Shown here piece after piece: positions 12,237 through 24,777 of a stretch of DNA of 64,000 nucleotides; within the stretch, counting starts at the first letter, position 1, and every line of letters begins with the position of its first letter. The DNA lies in assembly GCF_030028105.1 (NCBI RefSeq), contig NC_092394.1:30920752-30984751 (forward strand), in the 5' to 3' direction. The position numbers and the translations under genes are program-made. The notes beneath the pieces are model-generated. The model was not told the origin of the DNA. It saw only the letters and a list, made by a program, of their open reading frames with translations, and searched no databases. Source of the stretch: Mobula birostris (taxonomy: Eukaryota).

Positions 12237-13164
12237 CTGCTTCCACCAAACTGTATTGTCTTACCAGGTCTGTGACAAACCTACTGAACTACACAGTTCT
12301 CTGATTTGAACAAGTAAGTCAATTCTTTTATTTTCACATGGAAGATATGCAGCAAAATAATTTCCACCCAAAAGTGGATAACATGTGGGGAAAACTGTGA
12401 GAAATAAACTTTGACAGAAGTTTAAAGAATAGAATAATAAGTGACAGCTGAAAAAATGTCAATTTGAGTGTGAAAGGAGACTGTAAAATGGCATTTACTT
12501 GGCTAACACATGGAGTAATAGCATGTTGCCTTTACCCTGTCCAAATGCTTTATCTAGCTCCCGTGAGTAAAGCAGATTTTTATTTCTAACTGCCTTTCTG
12601 CCTCCATCTCAATATGAAAGATGTTACGGTTTAAAATTTATGGGTCTTAATGGAATATGATCCAACTGTGTTGTCTGTGTTTGATCTTGTTGCTCTTACT
12701 TTGTGCCTTTTATAATCTTTTCTTCTAAGTGTGTCCTCAGCGAGGGAAAGAAGTAAACGATGGAGGGCCGTTGCATGCCTCTGAATGCAGGAGTTGTCCA
12801 TAACGAGCTCCTTAATTGGTAGAAGTCAACACATATTTGAAAACAATGAACGGTAAAACAATTGAAGGAAATCTACCAGAAAAGGAGGTTTGGGGCTGGC
12901 TGTTATTACAGTTGTGCCAACAGGTATATCCTTCATTGGTGTTAGGTCTTGCCATTTCTCCACTGAATGAAATACACTGTAAAGTTGGAACAGAGCTCAC
13001 AACGCTGACGCAGTATGCAGCGTCATCAGTGACTTATGGTACCTCTGCACTTCCTGAGAACAAAACTCTCACTAACAACATGGAGGCACAGTCTAGATCA
13101 ACCCTTTCTATGCCATGGACCAATTCCATTAAGCAAGAGGTCTGTGGACTCCCGGTTGGGAGCT

Positions 13165-13268
13165 TCTGATCTAGATGCAGGCTCTTGACCCAAAAATATG
13201 ACTGTCCACTGCTCTCCATAGATGCTGACTGACCTGCTGAATTCCCCAAGCATTTTATGTGTTGCTCT
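13165..13268 (+). mobile_element. Old Penelope pLTR fragment
   Basis: CCATAGATGCTGACTGACCTGCTGAATTCCCCAAGCATTTTATGTGTTGCTC matches the pLTR unit. Confidence 0.7.
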
Positions 13269-13581
13269 CATGAACAATGAGCCGACGCCAACTGACCAAT
13301 AATTGAATAAAAGGACAGGGAAACAGGAGTGCACCACCCTGCCTTGCTCACACCCACACTTCCAATCAACAAGGTGCCAATTTCATCCACCTACCCAATG
13401 TCTCTTAATAATTTTGACTCTTTCTTGAATATATTCATGGATTCACAGATCCCTTGAGTTGAGATTTCCAGATTAACATACATAAAGGCTAATTTTAAGG
13501 CACAAAATTCAACAGAAAATGTATTTCAACAATGAGCTATGGGAGAATTTAAAGGCATTTTAAATCTGTGGAAAGGGCTTT

Positions 13582-14890
13582 TATTCAGAATCATGTTTAT
13601 TAACACCGGCACGTGTGGTGAAATTTGTTAACTTAGCAGCAGCACAATGCAATACATGATCATATAGAAAGGAAAAACAAAGTAAATCAATAACAGTAAG
13701 TCTATATATGTATATTAAATGGATTAAAATAGTGCTAAAACAGAAGTAATATACATTTTTAAAAAGTGAAGTACTGTCCATGGGGTCAATGTCCATTTAG
13801 GAATTGTATGGCAGAGGGGGAGAAGCTGTTCCTGAATCACTGAGTGTGTGCCTTCAGGCTTCTGTACCTCCTTCCTGACAGTAACAAAGAGACGAGGGCA
13901 TGTCCTGGGTGATGGGGGCCTTAATAATGGACACTGCCTTTCTGAGGCGTCACTCCTTGAGGATGTCTTGGATACTACAGAGGTTAATACCCAAGATGGA
14001 GTTAGCTAATTTTACAACCTTCTGTAGCTTCTTTCAGTCCTGTGCAGTAGCCCCCCCCACCCCCCCATACCAGACAGTGATGCAACCTGTCAGACTGCTC
14101 TCTATGGTACATCTATAGAAGTTTTTGAGTGCTTTAGGTGATAAACCAAATCTGCTTAAACTCTGAATGGAATATAGCCGCTGTCTTCCCTTCTTTGTAG
14201 GGGCATCAGTATGTTGGGAACCAGGTTAGATCTTCAGAGATACAGACACAAAGGGACTAGAAATTGCTCACCCTCTCCACTTCTGATCCTTCTATGGGGA
14301 TTGGTTTGTGTTCCTTCATCTTACTCTTCCTGAAGTCCACAATCAGTTCTTTTGTCTTACTGACGTTGAGTGCCAGGTTGTTGCTGTGGCACCACTCCAC
14401 TAGTTGACATATCTCGCTCCTGTATGCCCTCTTGTCTCCATCTGAGATTCTGCCAACAATGGCTGTATCATCAGCAAATTATAGATGGTATTTGAGCTAT
14501 GCCTAGCCACACAGTCATGGGTATAGAGAGAGCAGAGCAGAAGGCTAAGCACACACCCCTGAGGTGGACCAGTGTCGATCATCAGCGAGGAGATATTGTC
14601 ACCAATCCGGACAGATTGCAATCTTCCGTTTAGGAAGTCGATGATCCAATTGCAGAGGGAGGTACAGAGGCCCAGGTTCTGTAGCTTCTCAATCAGAATA
14701 GTGTGAATGAAGGTGTTAAACACTGAGCTGTAGTCAACAAACAGCATCCTGACATAGGTGTTTGTATTGTCCAGGTGATCTAAGGTCATGTGAAGAGCCA
14801 TGGAGATTGCATCTGCCGTAGACCTAGATAGGCAAATTGCTGTGGGTCCAGGTCCTTGCTGAGGCAGGAGTTCAGTTTAATCATGACCAG
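13582..14890 (-). mobile_element. Rex1/Babar-like LINE, 5'-truncated
   Basis: [37 protein letters not shown] (14400..14801); 3' tail AATAAACATGATTCTGA. Confidence 0.93.
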
Positions 14891-15607
14891 CTTTTTAGTG
14901 TTGTCAGATAACCCTGAGAACTGTGAGCATTTTAGAATTCAGCAACGCGTGATCGAAAATTGATAAAGATAGGGAAAATAGTTTTTGAAAGCAAAGTAGA
15001 AGATCATAAGAAATTCAATAAGTTTGCAAATAGGAAAATCTGTTGTTATCTGATCTTGCAAATGTTAGTCCCAAATATTACTTCTTTATGTTTTATGCAA
15101 CTACAATTAAGACAGAAAAGCAGTAGCCCTTAGCACTTATTGCCTTCCAGCATCATGGAAGGAGGAAAATCTACAGCACAGAAGGAGGCTCTTTGGGCCC
15201 TTCACAACCATTCTGACCAAAGAAGGTCATTGTCTCTAACGTGCTTAACTGTCCTGGATGGAGCGTAGCCGTGATGGCTGTGACACATCAGGTCCTCATC
15301 CAGTCACTCTTTTAGGCAGAAAGTTCCAGGACCCTTGCCCTCTAGCCCCCTCCCAACACTCGTGCCCTTGATGAGACAACGCAAAAGGAAGAGAATGGGA
15401 AAACTTATGTCGGGTAGAACACGGACAGACTTGAATGAAGACGGAGAATGTGGGGAAAAGCTGAAGCAACGAAAGGAAAAGGCACTCGTTTGGCATTGAT
15501 GAGGGATCCGGAGACCAATAGGCACTACCTTCTAGATATTTGGGTCAGGGTGCTTCATATCTAAATGTTGTATGTTAATAGCTGCAGGGGTAGTCTGATC
15601 TGGAACC

Positions 15608-16125
15608 ATAATCAGAATCAGGTTTATTATCACTGGCATGTGTCGTGAAATTTGTTAACTTAGCAGCAGCAGTTCAATGCAATACATAATATAGAAGAAA
15701 AAAAGAGTAAATAAATAAATAAATAAATAATCAATTACAGTATACATATATTGAATAGTTTAAAAATCAAGTAAAAAACAGAAATAATATATATTTTAAA
15801 AGTGAGGTAGTTTTCAAGGGTTCAATGTCTATTTAGGAATTGGATGGGAGAGGGGAAGAAGCTGTTCCTGAATCACTGAGTGTGTGCCTTCAGGCTTCTG
15901 TACCTCCTACCTGATGGTAACAGTGAGAAAAGGGCATGCCCTGGGTGTTGGGAGTCCTTAATAATGGACGCTGCCTTTCTGAGACACCGCTCCTTGAAGA
16001 TGTCCTGGGTACTTTGTAGGCTAGTGCCCAAGATGGAGCTGACTAAATTTACAACCCTCTGTAGCTTCTTTCAGTCTTATGCAGTTGTACCCCCCCCCCC
16101 ATACCAGACAGTGATGCAGCCTGTC
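15608..16125 (-). mobile_element. Rex1/Babar-like LINE 3' fragment
   Basis: Highly similar to ~13582-14092; (TTCTGA)n tail. Confidence 0.9.
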
Positions 16126-17734
16126 ACGACGGACACAAACACACATCCAGTCAATGTAATGCGTCCCACTCATTGCCTGCAGCAGCAATCACGCTGCTGT
16201 TCAACACTGCAGGAGACCCGTCAACTTCTTGCAGCTCTATCCATTTGATTTCCTGGACTTTCCATAATAGAGGCATTAGTGAAAGCAAAAGCAGAACAAG
16301 AGTAGGAGGCAGAAGATAGAATTTAAAGCATTAGCAATTAAAGCATTTGTCTGTGCCAAAGTTGATGCCAGTCAAGATTTCTCTCACCCTATGACATTGC
16401 GAGTCTATTGCTCAATAGACTCCTTGTGACTGTAGACGAGACGACATAAGCTTCCCTCGTTCCTGCTTGTGGGATCTTTCTTTCCTGTTCCACTTTTAAT
16501 CACATTATAATATTGAGCAAGAAATATTCCACAGGCTCAGAACATTCTTCAGAATGTTATATGTGCTTAATAAATATGAATACCCCAAATTCAATTGCAG
16601 TGTTATATGAATGAAAATGAACATTGCCCAGAGTGAAATGCATTGACAAATTGTTTCTAAGTTGTCCTGTATTTCGTTGGTGAGAGTCAAACTGTTGCAT
16701 CTGGGACCATTTCTGTGTGAGTACTACATCATTTCCTCGCTGTCCCGGGAATGATCATAATCGGTTATTCCTAATGCAATCTTATTTTCATGGTAGTGTA
16801 CTGGCTCAATCCTCGCAGTCCTATCATTCAACCCTTCCCTCACTTTTGATCCCAGTTCTCCGACCTCCAACAACACTCAGCATACCTTTGGCACTTCCAT
16901 CCCTCACGGGGCTGCATTCCTCTCCAACTATCTGAAATTCAGCCTTAGTCCCAGACAGCTCCTCCCTGGCCTCGACCTACCAGTAATTGAAAATGTGCAG
17001 ACCCTGAGTACTGACATAATGGAATATCAGGTGACTCCCACACATTGCGAACTTGCCAATAAGTTACTAGTTATTTCCACGTATGTTCTATTCAGTGAAG
17101 GAGTGCAGACATTTCAGACGTGTTTATACCCACAGCCAATTGAAGGCGTAGACTGTTACAAGACTGAGTCGAGTGATCAAAGAACAGGAAAAAAACCATC
17201 AGAAACCCTGTTGGCATCTGTGTCCCATTTTGGCTCTGCAAGCATTTTATGGTAGATGATTTGAAATGCTCACTCATTAAGGAACTCTGAAATGTGGACA
17301 TAGAACAGAGATTTTTTTCATATACTGAGAAGATGGATCTTAAAGGGGCTACATTTAGGACTTGCATTTGTTGCAGGTGTGAAGGGCATTGCCAGAAGTT
17401 TTGTATGTTGAACTTACAAAAGCTGTCAGGACCAAAGACACTCCTGCAGACATAGATGTAGATGACTCCATTATGAGCCAAAGGTGGACACATATAACCA
17501 TTCCAGACAATTTGCTCCAATTTTTCTCAGGAATACAATGATAAACTTCCAATACTTTTCATGTTTATTTGATATGTGGGCTCATGCGCAACATACCATT
17601 AAAGACCTGAGAATGTTCTCCACAACCGAAATATCTGAGATGTTAGGTTCAGATAATAAGCATCAATTCACAATAGATCTGTCCGAATATGCTGTGAGGT
17701 GTAATGGTATCAAGCAATTGTTGATTTCCTGATC

Positions 17735-17865
17735 ATTCCTGGCTCGATTTGCGACCCATAATGTTGACTGTCCACTTCCTTCTCTGGGTGCTGCCTGACC
17801 TGCTGAGCTCCTTCGGCATTTTGCGTGTTGATCCAGATTCAAGAATCTGCAGTCTCTCGTATTCC
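17735..17865 (+). mobile_element. Old Penelope pLTR fragment
   Basis: TGCTGCCTGACCTGCTGAGCTCCTTCGGCATTTTGCGTGTTG..ATCTGCAG unit. Confidence 0.7.
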
Positions 17866-18029
17866 CTGGTTTCCATTGTTGTTTGAACGTAATCATGGAT
17901 CTTTGTTTAGTTAACTTCCTACCGCACCACCGACCACAGGATTCACTAAAACTGCTGATGTATTACAGACGCCCAAAACACTTCAGTTTCCTACTGTTTG
18001 GTTTGTAGGAGAGAAGGGAGGAAAACGGG

Positions 18030-18335
18030 TAACACAAAAATAGCATGCACAAAATGCTTCAGGAATTCAGCAAGTCAGGCAGTCTCCATGGAAGTGAACA
18101 GTCAACATTTTGGGCCAAGGCTCATCTTCAGGACTGGAAAAGAAGGGCGAAGATGCCGGGGGTGGGGGAGGGGGGGAAGAAGGAGGATAGCTGGAAGGTG
18201 AAACCAGGTGGGTTGGAAAGGTAAAGGGCTGGAGATGAAGGAATCTGATAGGAGAGGAGAGTGGACCACAGGAGAAAGGGAAGGAGGAGGGGACCCAGGG
18301 GAGGTGATAGGCAGGTGAGAAGAGGTAAGAAGGAA
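18030..18335 (-). mobile_element. Penelope 3' UTR/pLTR fragment with decayed hammerhead
   Basis: Minus strand CAGTCCTGAAGATGAGCCTTGGCCCAAAATGTTGACTG; collinear with 10600-10930. Confidence 0.8.
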
Positions 18336-18808
18336 TAACAGGTAACTGATGATTTATATCATGAGACAAATAGAAGCAGTTCAGACAACACGAGAGGGAG
18401 AGAGTAAAAATGCTAAAACCAATGACCCAGTATGATATACTAAAGTGGATATTAGGGTCAGAATACCCATCTGCCATTCTGTATGATATCTTGAGCAAGT
18501 AGATGGAAATGTCAAAAGTGTTCACATTAATCAGATGATTGCAATAAGACACGACAGGACACACTGATAAAATAAATGAAGGTAAAATCACTCTGCATGT
18601 ATATAGAATCAACCATTAAAGAAGTAAAAAATAAGTTGAATTAGAAAGTCACATGTACATCGAATCAAGCAATTAAAAACAGTGCCAAAGATCGAAGCAC
18701 AATTAAGCAGGTCTGAACACTTGCGTGAAGCAGTTAATGATTGGAACCTCTAATAGTTGTAAACATGTGAAGCAGTTTTTAAAAAGGAAAAAGCTGTGTG
18801 TGTACTTG

Positions 18809-19393
18809 CACTCAGTAGCTACTTCACTGGGTAGAGGAGGTACCTAATAAAGTTGCCACTGAGTGTATGTTCGTGGTCTTCTGCTGCTGTAGACCATCCA
18901 CCTCAAGGTTTGATGTGTTGTGAATTCAGAGATGCTCTTCTGCACACCACTGTTGTAAAACATGGTTATTTGACTTACTGTTGCCTTCCTGACAGCTTGA
19001 ACCAGTCTGGCCATTCTCCTCTGACCTCTGTCATTAACAAGGCACTTTTGCCCACAGAACTGAAGAATTGCTGCTCACCTTTTTTTTTTGTTTTACACAC
19101 CATTCTCTGTAAACTCTAGAGACTGCTGTGCAGGAAAATCCCAGAAAATCAGCAGTTTCTGAGATATTCAACCCCCCCCCCCCCCCCCTTCTGGCACCAA
19201 CAATCATTGCATGGTCAAAGTCATTTAGATCACATTTCTTCCTCATTCTGATGTTTGGCCTGAACAACAAATGAATCTCTTGACCACGTCTGCATGCTTT
19301 TATGCATTACATGGCTGCCACATGATTGGCTGATTAGATATTTGTATTAATGAGCAGGTGTTCAGGTGCAGATAATAAAGTAACCACAGAGTG
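18809..19393 (-). mobile_element. Tc1-like internally deleted DNA transposon
   Basis: TIRs CACTCAGTAGCTACTT.../...AATAAAGTAACCACAGAGTG|TA. Transposase N-terminal HTH KCDLNDFDHAMIVGARR..ISETADFLGFSCTAVSRVYREW (19034..19270). Confidence 0.9.
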
Positions 19394-19419
19394 TATATTA
19401 AAAAAAAGTCAATTAGTAA

Positions 19420-20095
19420 TAGGAAATACAGATAATGCTAGGAGCTATAGGTCAGTGAGACTTACATCAATGGTGGTCAAAATATTGGAGAAGATTTTTA
19501 GAGATAGGGTTTGCAAGCCTTTGGAGGAACATACATGATACATGATAGTCCTATGGATTTGTGAGGGGCAGGCTGTGTCTTACGAGCTTGATCGACTTTT
19601 TTGAGGAAGTGGCAAAACAAAATTGATGAAGGCAGAGCAGTGGATGTGGTGTATATATGGATTTTAGTAAGGTGTTTGTCTGCCGTCGTTGGCAGCTCAC
19701 CTAGGAGAAGGAAAGCTCTGATCTCAAACCTCCGCTGCCTTGTGGCTATACCCTCTCACGGGGAAGGCTTTGACAGTAAACCCAGAGGGAAAATTCCGGA
19801 GCTGGAGTCCCTAAGGCAGTCCTACATTGAGCTCAATGCTGACTGGCAACCCCTGCGACACTGCTGGCACCAAACTATATCGGTTTCTGCCGTTCCCTTG
19901 GGTTCATCAGATTTGTGGAGAGGAGGAGTTTGCTACATGGACTGCTCTCCATATCGTACTGCCCAGGCTTGCGTATCTAGACAGCTAGGATGCAATATCC
20001 ATGGTCAACTCTGACCAACAGAGGCCTCAACGCAAAGGGTTCCACCACAGCCTTTCCCATGGTAGGCTATTTCAGAGAGCCAGGAGGCATAGGAT
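19420..20095 (+). mobile_element. CR1 RT fragment interrupted by an unclassified (RTE/Vingi-like) non-autonomous element at ~19679-20030
   Basis: YRSVRLTSMVVKILEKIFRDR..IDEGRAVDVVY; CR1 resumes at CCCATGGTAGGCT (~20056). The insert carries CTAGGAGAAGGAAAGCTCTGATCTCAAACC. Confidence 0.75.
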
Positions 20096-20212
20096 GGAGG
20101 GGGAGAGGGGGAGGGGGAGGGAGACAGAGGGACAGAGGGAGGGAGAGGGAGAAAGGGGAGAGAGGAGAGAGAGAGAGAGGGGGGAGAGGGAGAGGGAAGA
20201 AGAAAAAAAGAC
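20096..20212. repeat. Polypurine (GA-rich) low-complexity tract
   Basis: Almost purely G/A over ~115 bp. Confidence 0.9.
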
Positions 20213-21004
20213 TGAGCAGGGAGCTGGCTTAGGGCATTGCCCCTGACATCCCCCCTCAGCGGATGCTGACATTCTTGGAAACTTCACACTTAAGTACAGG
20301 TCATCCACAAGTCACAAACAGGTTCCATTTCTCACAGAAGTCCGTAAGTCAATTTCGTGCAAATTTAAAAAACACACAAAATTCCCTCAATATGCAAACT
20401 GTACCTCCACAGTGTTGTAAAGCATAGCATTAAAAACATATCAGACTGACAAGCATTAGACAGATAAGGAAGAACATTTATTAAATATGTAAAGAATGAA
20501 GAAACTAGTCCTGTTTTTCATAGGAAAAAATATGTGTGCATATGTTGGATTTCCAAATTTAATATTTTATTTCCTTCCCCAAAGGAGGTCTAATCAGTGA
20601 TTACAGCATCATGTTGTTATAAGGCTCCAGCTTCCCATGATTCACAGTATTTACAGTTAATAGCTTAAAATTACAACACTGTCATCTCTAAACACAAAAG
20701 ATTCTGCAGATGATGGAAATCCAGAGCAACTCACACAAAGTTCTGGAGGAAATCAGCAGTTCAGGCAGCATCTATGGAAATGAATAGACAGTTGATACTT
20801 CAGGGTGAGGCCCTTCATCAAGACTGGAAGGGAAGGGGGAAGATGTCAGAATAAGAAGGGAAGGAGTACAAGCTAGAAGGTGATAGGTGGATTGGGGAGG
20901 GAGGAGTGAAGTGGGGAGGTGGTAATTGGAAAAGATAAAGAGCTGGAGAAGAAGGAATCTGAGAGGAGAGGAGAGTGGACCATGGGAGAAAATGAAGGAG
21001 GAGG

Positions 21005-21415
21005 TGTTATGTTTTAAACTGTATGCCTTTAAACCCAATGAACTCAGCAAAATTTGTACCCATTTCTCATTAGCTATTTCATTTAGTTCGAAGTGTTGTT
21101 GAATTAGCTCAGTATCTTTTGTGTAATCAAGCATGTCAATTTTTCTGATGTAGCCTGCCATTTCTGCTTTTTTTAAATAATTATTATCACCTGGTTCTCA
21201 CACATTTTGAACCCGTGAATTGTTCTGTTTACCGCATACTTTTAAAGACTTGATTCTATCTTCCCTTCCAAAGAACACATGCTGCTCTGTTTTGCCACTC
21301 CTCGCGGTGCCTTTATTTAAACTTGAACGTCTCACTGCAGTTGAATGGATTGGTAGCCGTCTCCTATACATATACAAGATGACCCAAATCTTACTTAAAT
21401 ATTAAATACACGACA
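21005..21415 (-). mobile_element. Collapsed 411-bp Mag-like Gypsy element
   Basis: GGAGG|TGTTATGTTTT ... AAATATTAAATACACGACA|GGAGG. Ends match both tips of the 2671-2907 LTR. Interior has the leader and gag start MAGYIRKID..EIANEKWVQILLS. Confidence 0.88.
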
Positions 21416-21616
21416 GGAGGAGGCACCAGGGGGGAGGTGGTAGGCAGGTAAAGAGAAGTGGTAAGAGACGGAGCAGGGAGAGGAAATGAAGACAGAAGAG
21501 CTGGCGTAAAGTATTACCAGAAGGTGGAGAAATCGATGTTTTTTTGCCATGAGGTTAGAGGCTACCTCGGTGTTGCTCCTCCTACCTGAGAGTGGCCTTA
21601 TCATGGCAGAAGATTG

Positions 21617-22648
21617 GTTTCAAAGTACGTTTACAACTTTACAAATCCTCCCTTAGAGGGTCAGACACCCCGAGCCAATAGGCTGGTCCTGGACTTACTT
21701 CCATCTGGCATAATTCACATATTATTATTTAATTATTTATGGTTTTATATTGCTATATTTATACTCAATTCTTGGTTGGTGCAACTGTAACGAAACTCAA
21801 TTTCTTTCGGGATCAATAAAGTATTGTCCGTTTGTCTGTCTGTTTCATGTCAGGGAAATGTATACAATATACATCCTGAAATTCTTTTTCTTCGCAAACA
21901 TCCACAAAAACAGAGGGGTGCCCCAAAGAATGAATGACAGTTAAATGTTAGAACCCCAAAGCCCCTCCAGCCCCCTCCTCGCACAAGTAAATAACAATAA
22001 AGCAACTATCTCCACTCCCCCCACCAGCAAAAAATGCATCGGCACCCCACACCGAGCACTCAAGCGTGCAGCAAAGCATCAATAAAGACACAGACTTGCA
22101 GTACCCCAAAGACTACTCATTCACCCGATAATCAACATACCACAGACTTTCTCTCTCTCTCTCCCTAATAAAGGAAAAAGAGATATCTCCATTTCACAGC
22201 GAGCGAGGAGACATAACAAACAACTCACTGATTTACGATGTTAAAAGTCTGTTGCATCACTTTTTCCAAGCTCTGTGTCCAAAGAACTCGGGTCTCTGGA
22301 CACGCAGCCAGCAGCCAGCTTGCTGCTTTCAATCTTTTGTGTCCTCCCAAAACACACTGATTTCCTGCAGAGGCACCGACCTCGAGTCCACCCGCCCCAA
22401 GAGCCACAAAATCTCGAAATTCCGAAGGCGCGCTAATCTTCCAGGCCATGTCCTTGGTATATCGAATAACAACCAGTCATGAGACCTCGAGGGAGTGTCC
22501 CATTCCCATAAAGAACCAAAGTCAGTGTGTAACTCCAGGTCAGAGTCTTCAAAGGAACCTTGAAAGGGAAAAATAGAGAGATTAAAGATAGAAATAGAGT
22601 GTTTCCGAAGATGCAAGCAAAGGAGTTGCCCTTAGGCACCATTGTCCC
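21617..22648 (-). mobile_element. Non-coding interspersed element with a Rex1-like 3' tail, itself interrupted by a plus-strand Rex1 3' end (~21637-21842)
   Basis: Homologous to 48498-48870 (3' half) and 63780-64000 (5' part). The insert matches the reverse complement of ~7730-7912. Confidence 0.8.
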
Positions 22649-22674
22649 CTCTGAGGACCGGCAATGGGGATAGT

Positions 22675-23775
22675 CATAGAGTCACAGGCCCTTTGGCCCA
22701 TCTTGTCCATGCCGAACCATTTAATTTGTCAACGCCCATCGACCTTCACCTGGACTGTAGCCCTCCTTACCCCTAGCATCCATGTACTTATTCAAACTTC
22801 CCTCAAACTTTGAAATCGAGCTCACATGCACCACTTGCACTGGCAGCTCATCCAACACTCTCACTACCCTCCGAGTGAAGAAGTTTCTCCTTAAGTTCCC
22901 CTTAAACTTTTCATCTTAACCCTTAACCCATGATCTATAGTTGTAATCCCACTCAACCTCAGTGGAAAAACCTTGCTTGCACTTACCCTATCTATACCCC
23001 TCATAATTTTGTATACCTCTATCAAATCTCCCCTCAATCTTCTACATTCCAAGGAATAAAGTCCTAACCTATTCAATCTTTCCTTATAACTCAGGTCCTC
23101 CAGTCCTGGCAAAATCCTTGTAAACTTTCTCTGTACTTCCCCTGCTGGTCTTACTGAAGTGCAACACCTCACACTTGTCCACATTGAATTCCATCTGCCA
23201 TCTTCCAGCTCATTTTACCAGCCGGTCCATATCCCACTGCAAGCCATGATCGTCTTCCTCACTCTCCACTATACCCTCAATCTTGGTGTCATTCCCAAAT
23301 TTGCTGATCCAGTTAACCACATTATCATTCAGATCATTGATATAGATGACAAACAACAATGGACTCAGCATGGATCCCTGCGGCATTCCACTAGCCACAG
23401 GCCTCCAGTCAGACAGGAAACCCTCTACTACCACCCTTTGGCTTCTCCCACAAAGCCGGTCTAATCCAATTTACTAACTCATCTTGAACGCCGATCGACT
23501 GAACCTTCTTGACCAACCTCCAATGCAGGACCTTGTCAAATGCATTCTAAAGTGCATGTAGACAACATCCACTGCCTTGCCTTCATCAACTTTCCTGGTA
23601 ACTTCCTCTTAAAGCACTGTAATATTGGTTAGACACAACCCACTATGCATGAAGCCATGCAGACTATCCTTATTCAGTCTAAGCCAATCCAAATATTTAT
23701 GTATCCAGTCCCTGAGAATACCTTCCAATAACTTTCCCACTACCGATGGCTGGCTCGCAGGCCTATAATTTACTG
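22675..23775 (-). mobile_element. CR1 LINE fragment
   Basis: WRPVASGMPQGSMLSPLLFVIYINDL..ISKFGNDTKI; VQRKFTRILPGL..RLRGDLIEVYKIM. Confidence 0.93.
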
Positions 23776-24049
23776 GAACTGATTGGAATTGAAATGGTTA
23801 GCCACTAGGAAATCCTCCTCATTGCAGTTGGAGTGGAAATGCTCAAATTAGTGGTTCCCCCAGTCTACATCTGGACTCACTAATGTAGGTGAGGCTTCAT
23901 CAGGAGCAGCAGCTACAGTGGCTGGCCCCAACAGACTCACAGGTGAAGTGTTGCCTCACCTGGTAGGACTGTTTGAGGCCCTGAATGGAGCTGAGGGAGG
24001 AGGTGTCGTACAAGGCAGCGGGAAGATGGGGTGATTGCAGATACCAATC

Positions 24050-24777
24050 AAATCAAAATCAGCTTCATTATCACCGGCGTGTGACATGAACTTTGTTAAC
24101 TTGGCAGCAGCAGTTCAATGCAATACATATCATAGAAGAGAAAAAAATAATAAATAAAATAAAAATAATAATAATAAATAAGCAAGTAAATCAGTTACAG
24201 TATGTTTATATTGAATAGATTAAAAAACATACAAAAAACAGAAATACTGTATATTAAAAAAAAGTGAGGTAGCGTCTAAGGGCTCAATGTCCATTTAGGA
24301 ATCGGATGACAGAGGGGAAGAAGCTGTTCCTGAGTCATTGAGTGTGTTCCTTCAGGCCTCTGTACCTCCTATCTGATGGTAACAATGAGAAAAGGGAATG
24401 TTCTGGGTGCTGGAGACCCTTAATAATGGACACCACTCCCTGAAGATGTCCTGGGCACCCTGCAGGCTAGACCTACAACCCTCTGCAGCCTCTCTCAGTC
24501 CTGTGCAGTAGCCCCTTCCCCCCCACCCCACGAGACAGTGATGCAGCCTGTCAGAACACTCTCCATGGTATATCCACAGATGTTCTTGAGTGCATTTGTT
24601 GACATGCCAAATCTCTTCAAACTCGTAATGAAATATAGCCACTATCTTGCCTTCTTTATAACTACGTCCACACGTTGGGACCAGGTTAGATCCTCAGAGA
24701 TCTTGACACCCAGGAACTTGAAGCTGTTCACTCTCTCCACTTCTGATCCCTCAACGCGGATTGGTCTGTGTTCCTTC
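24050..24777 (-). mobile_element. Rex1/Babar-like LINE 3' fragment
   Basis: EVERVNSFKFLGVKISEDLTWS..KKAR; same 3' UTR as the 13582 and 15608 copies. Confidence 0.92.

Noticed and set aside
12816-12925. Plus-strand exon resembling a kinase/KIND helix (LPEKEVWGWLLLQLCQ) or a PDZ loop (KGGLGL)
   Set aside because: Motifs are too short, the acceptor is weak and no partner exons were found.
16401-16422. Perfect 10-bp inverted repeat GAGTCTATTG-CT-CAATAGACTC
   Set aside because: Isolated, with no context; plausible by chance or local template switching.
16995-17732. Protein-like plus-strand frames
   Set aside because: Several stops and no recognisable family; the strand of any fossil coding here is ambiguous.
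19990-20308. Arg/Gly/Glu-rich ORFs
   Set aside because: Products of the GA-rich low-complexity tract.
20297-20420. Possible Tigger-like TIR (TACAGGTCATCC)
   Set aside because: No matching second TIR could be identified.
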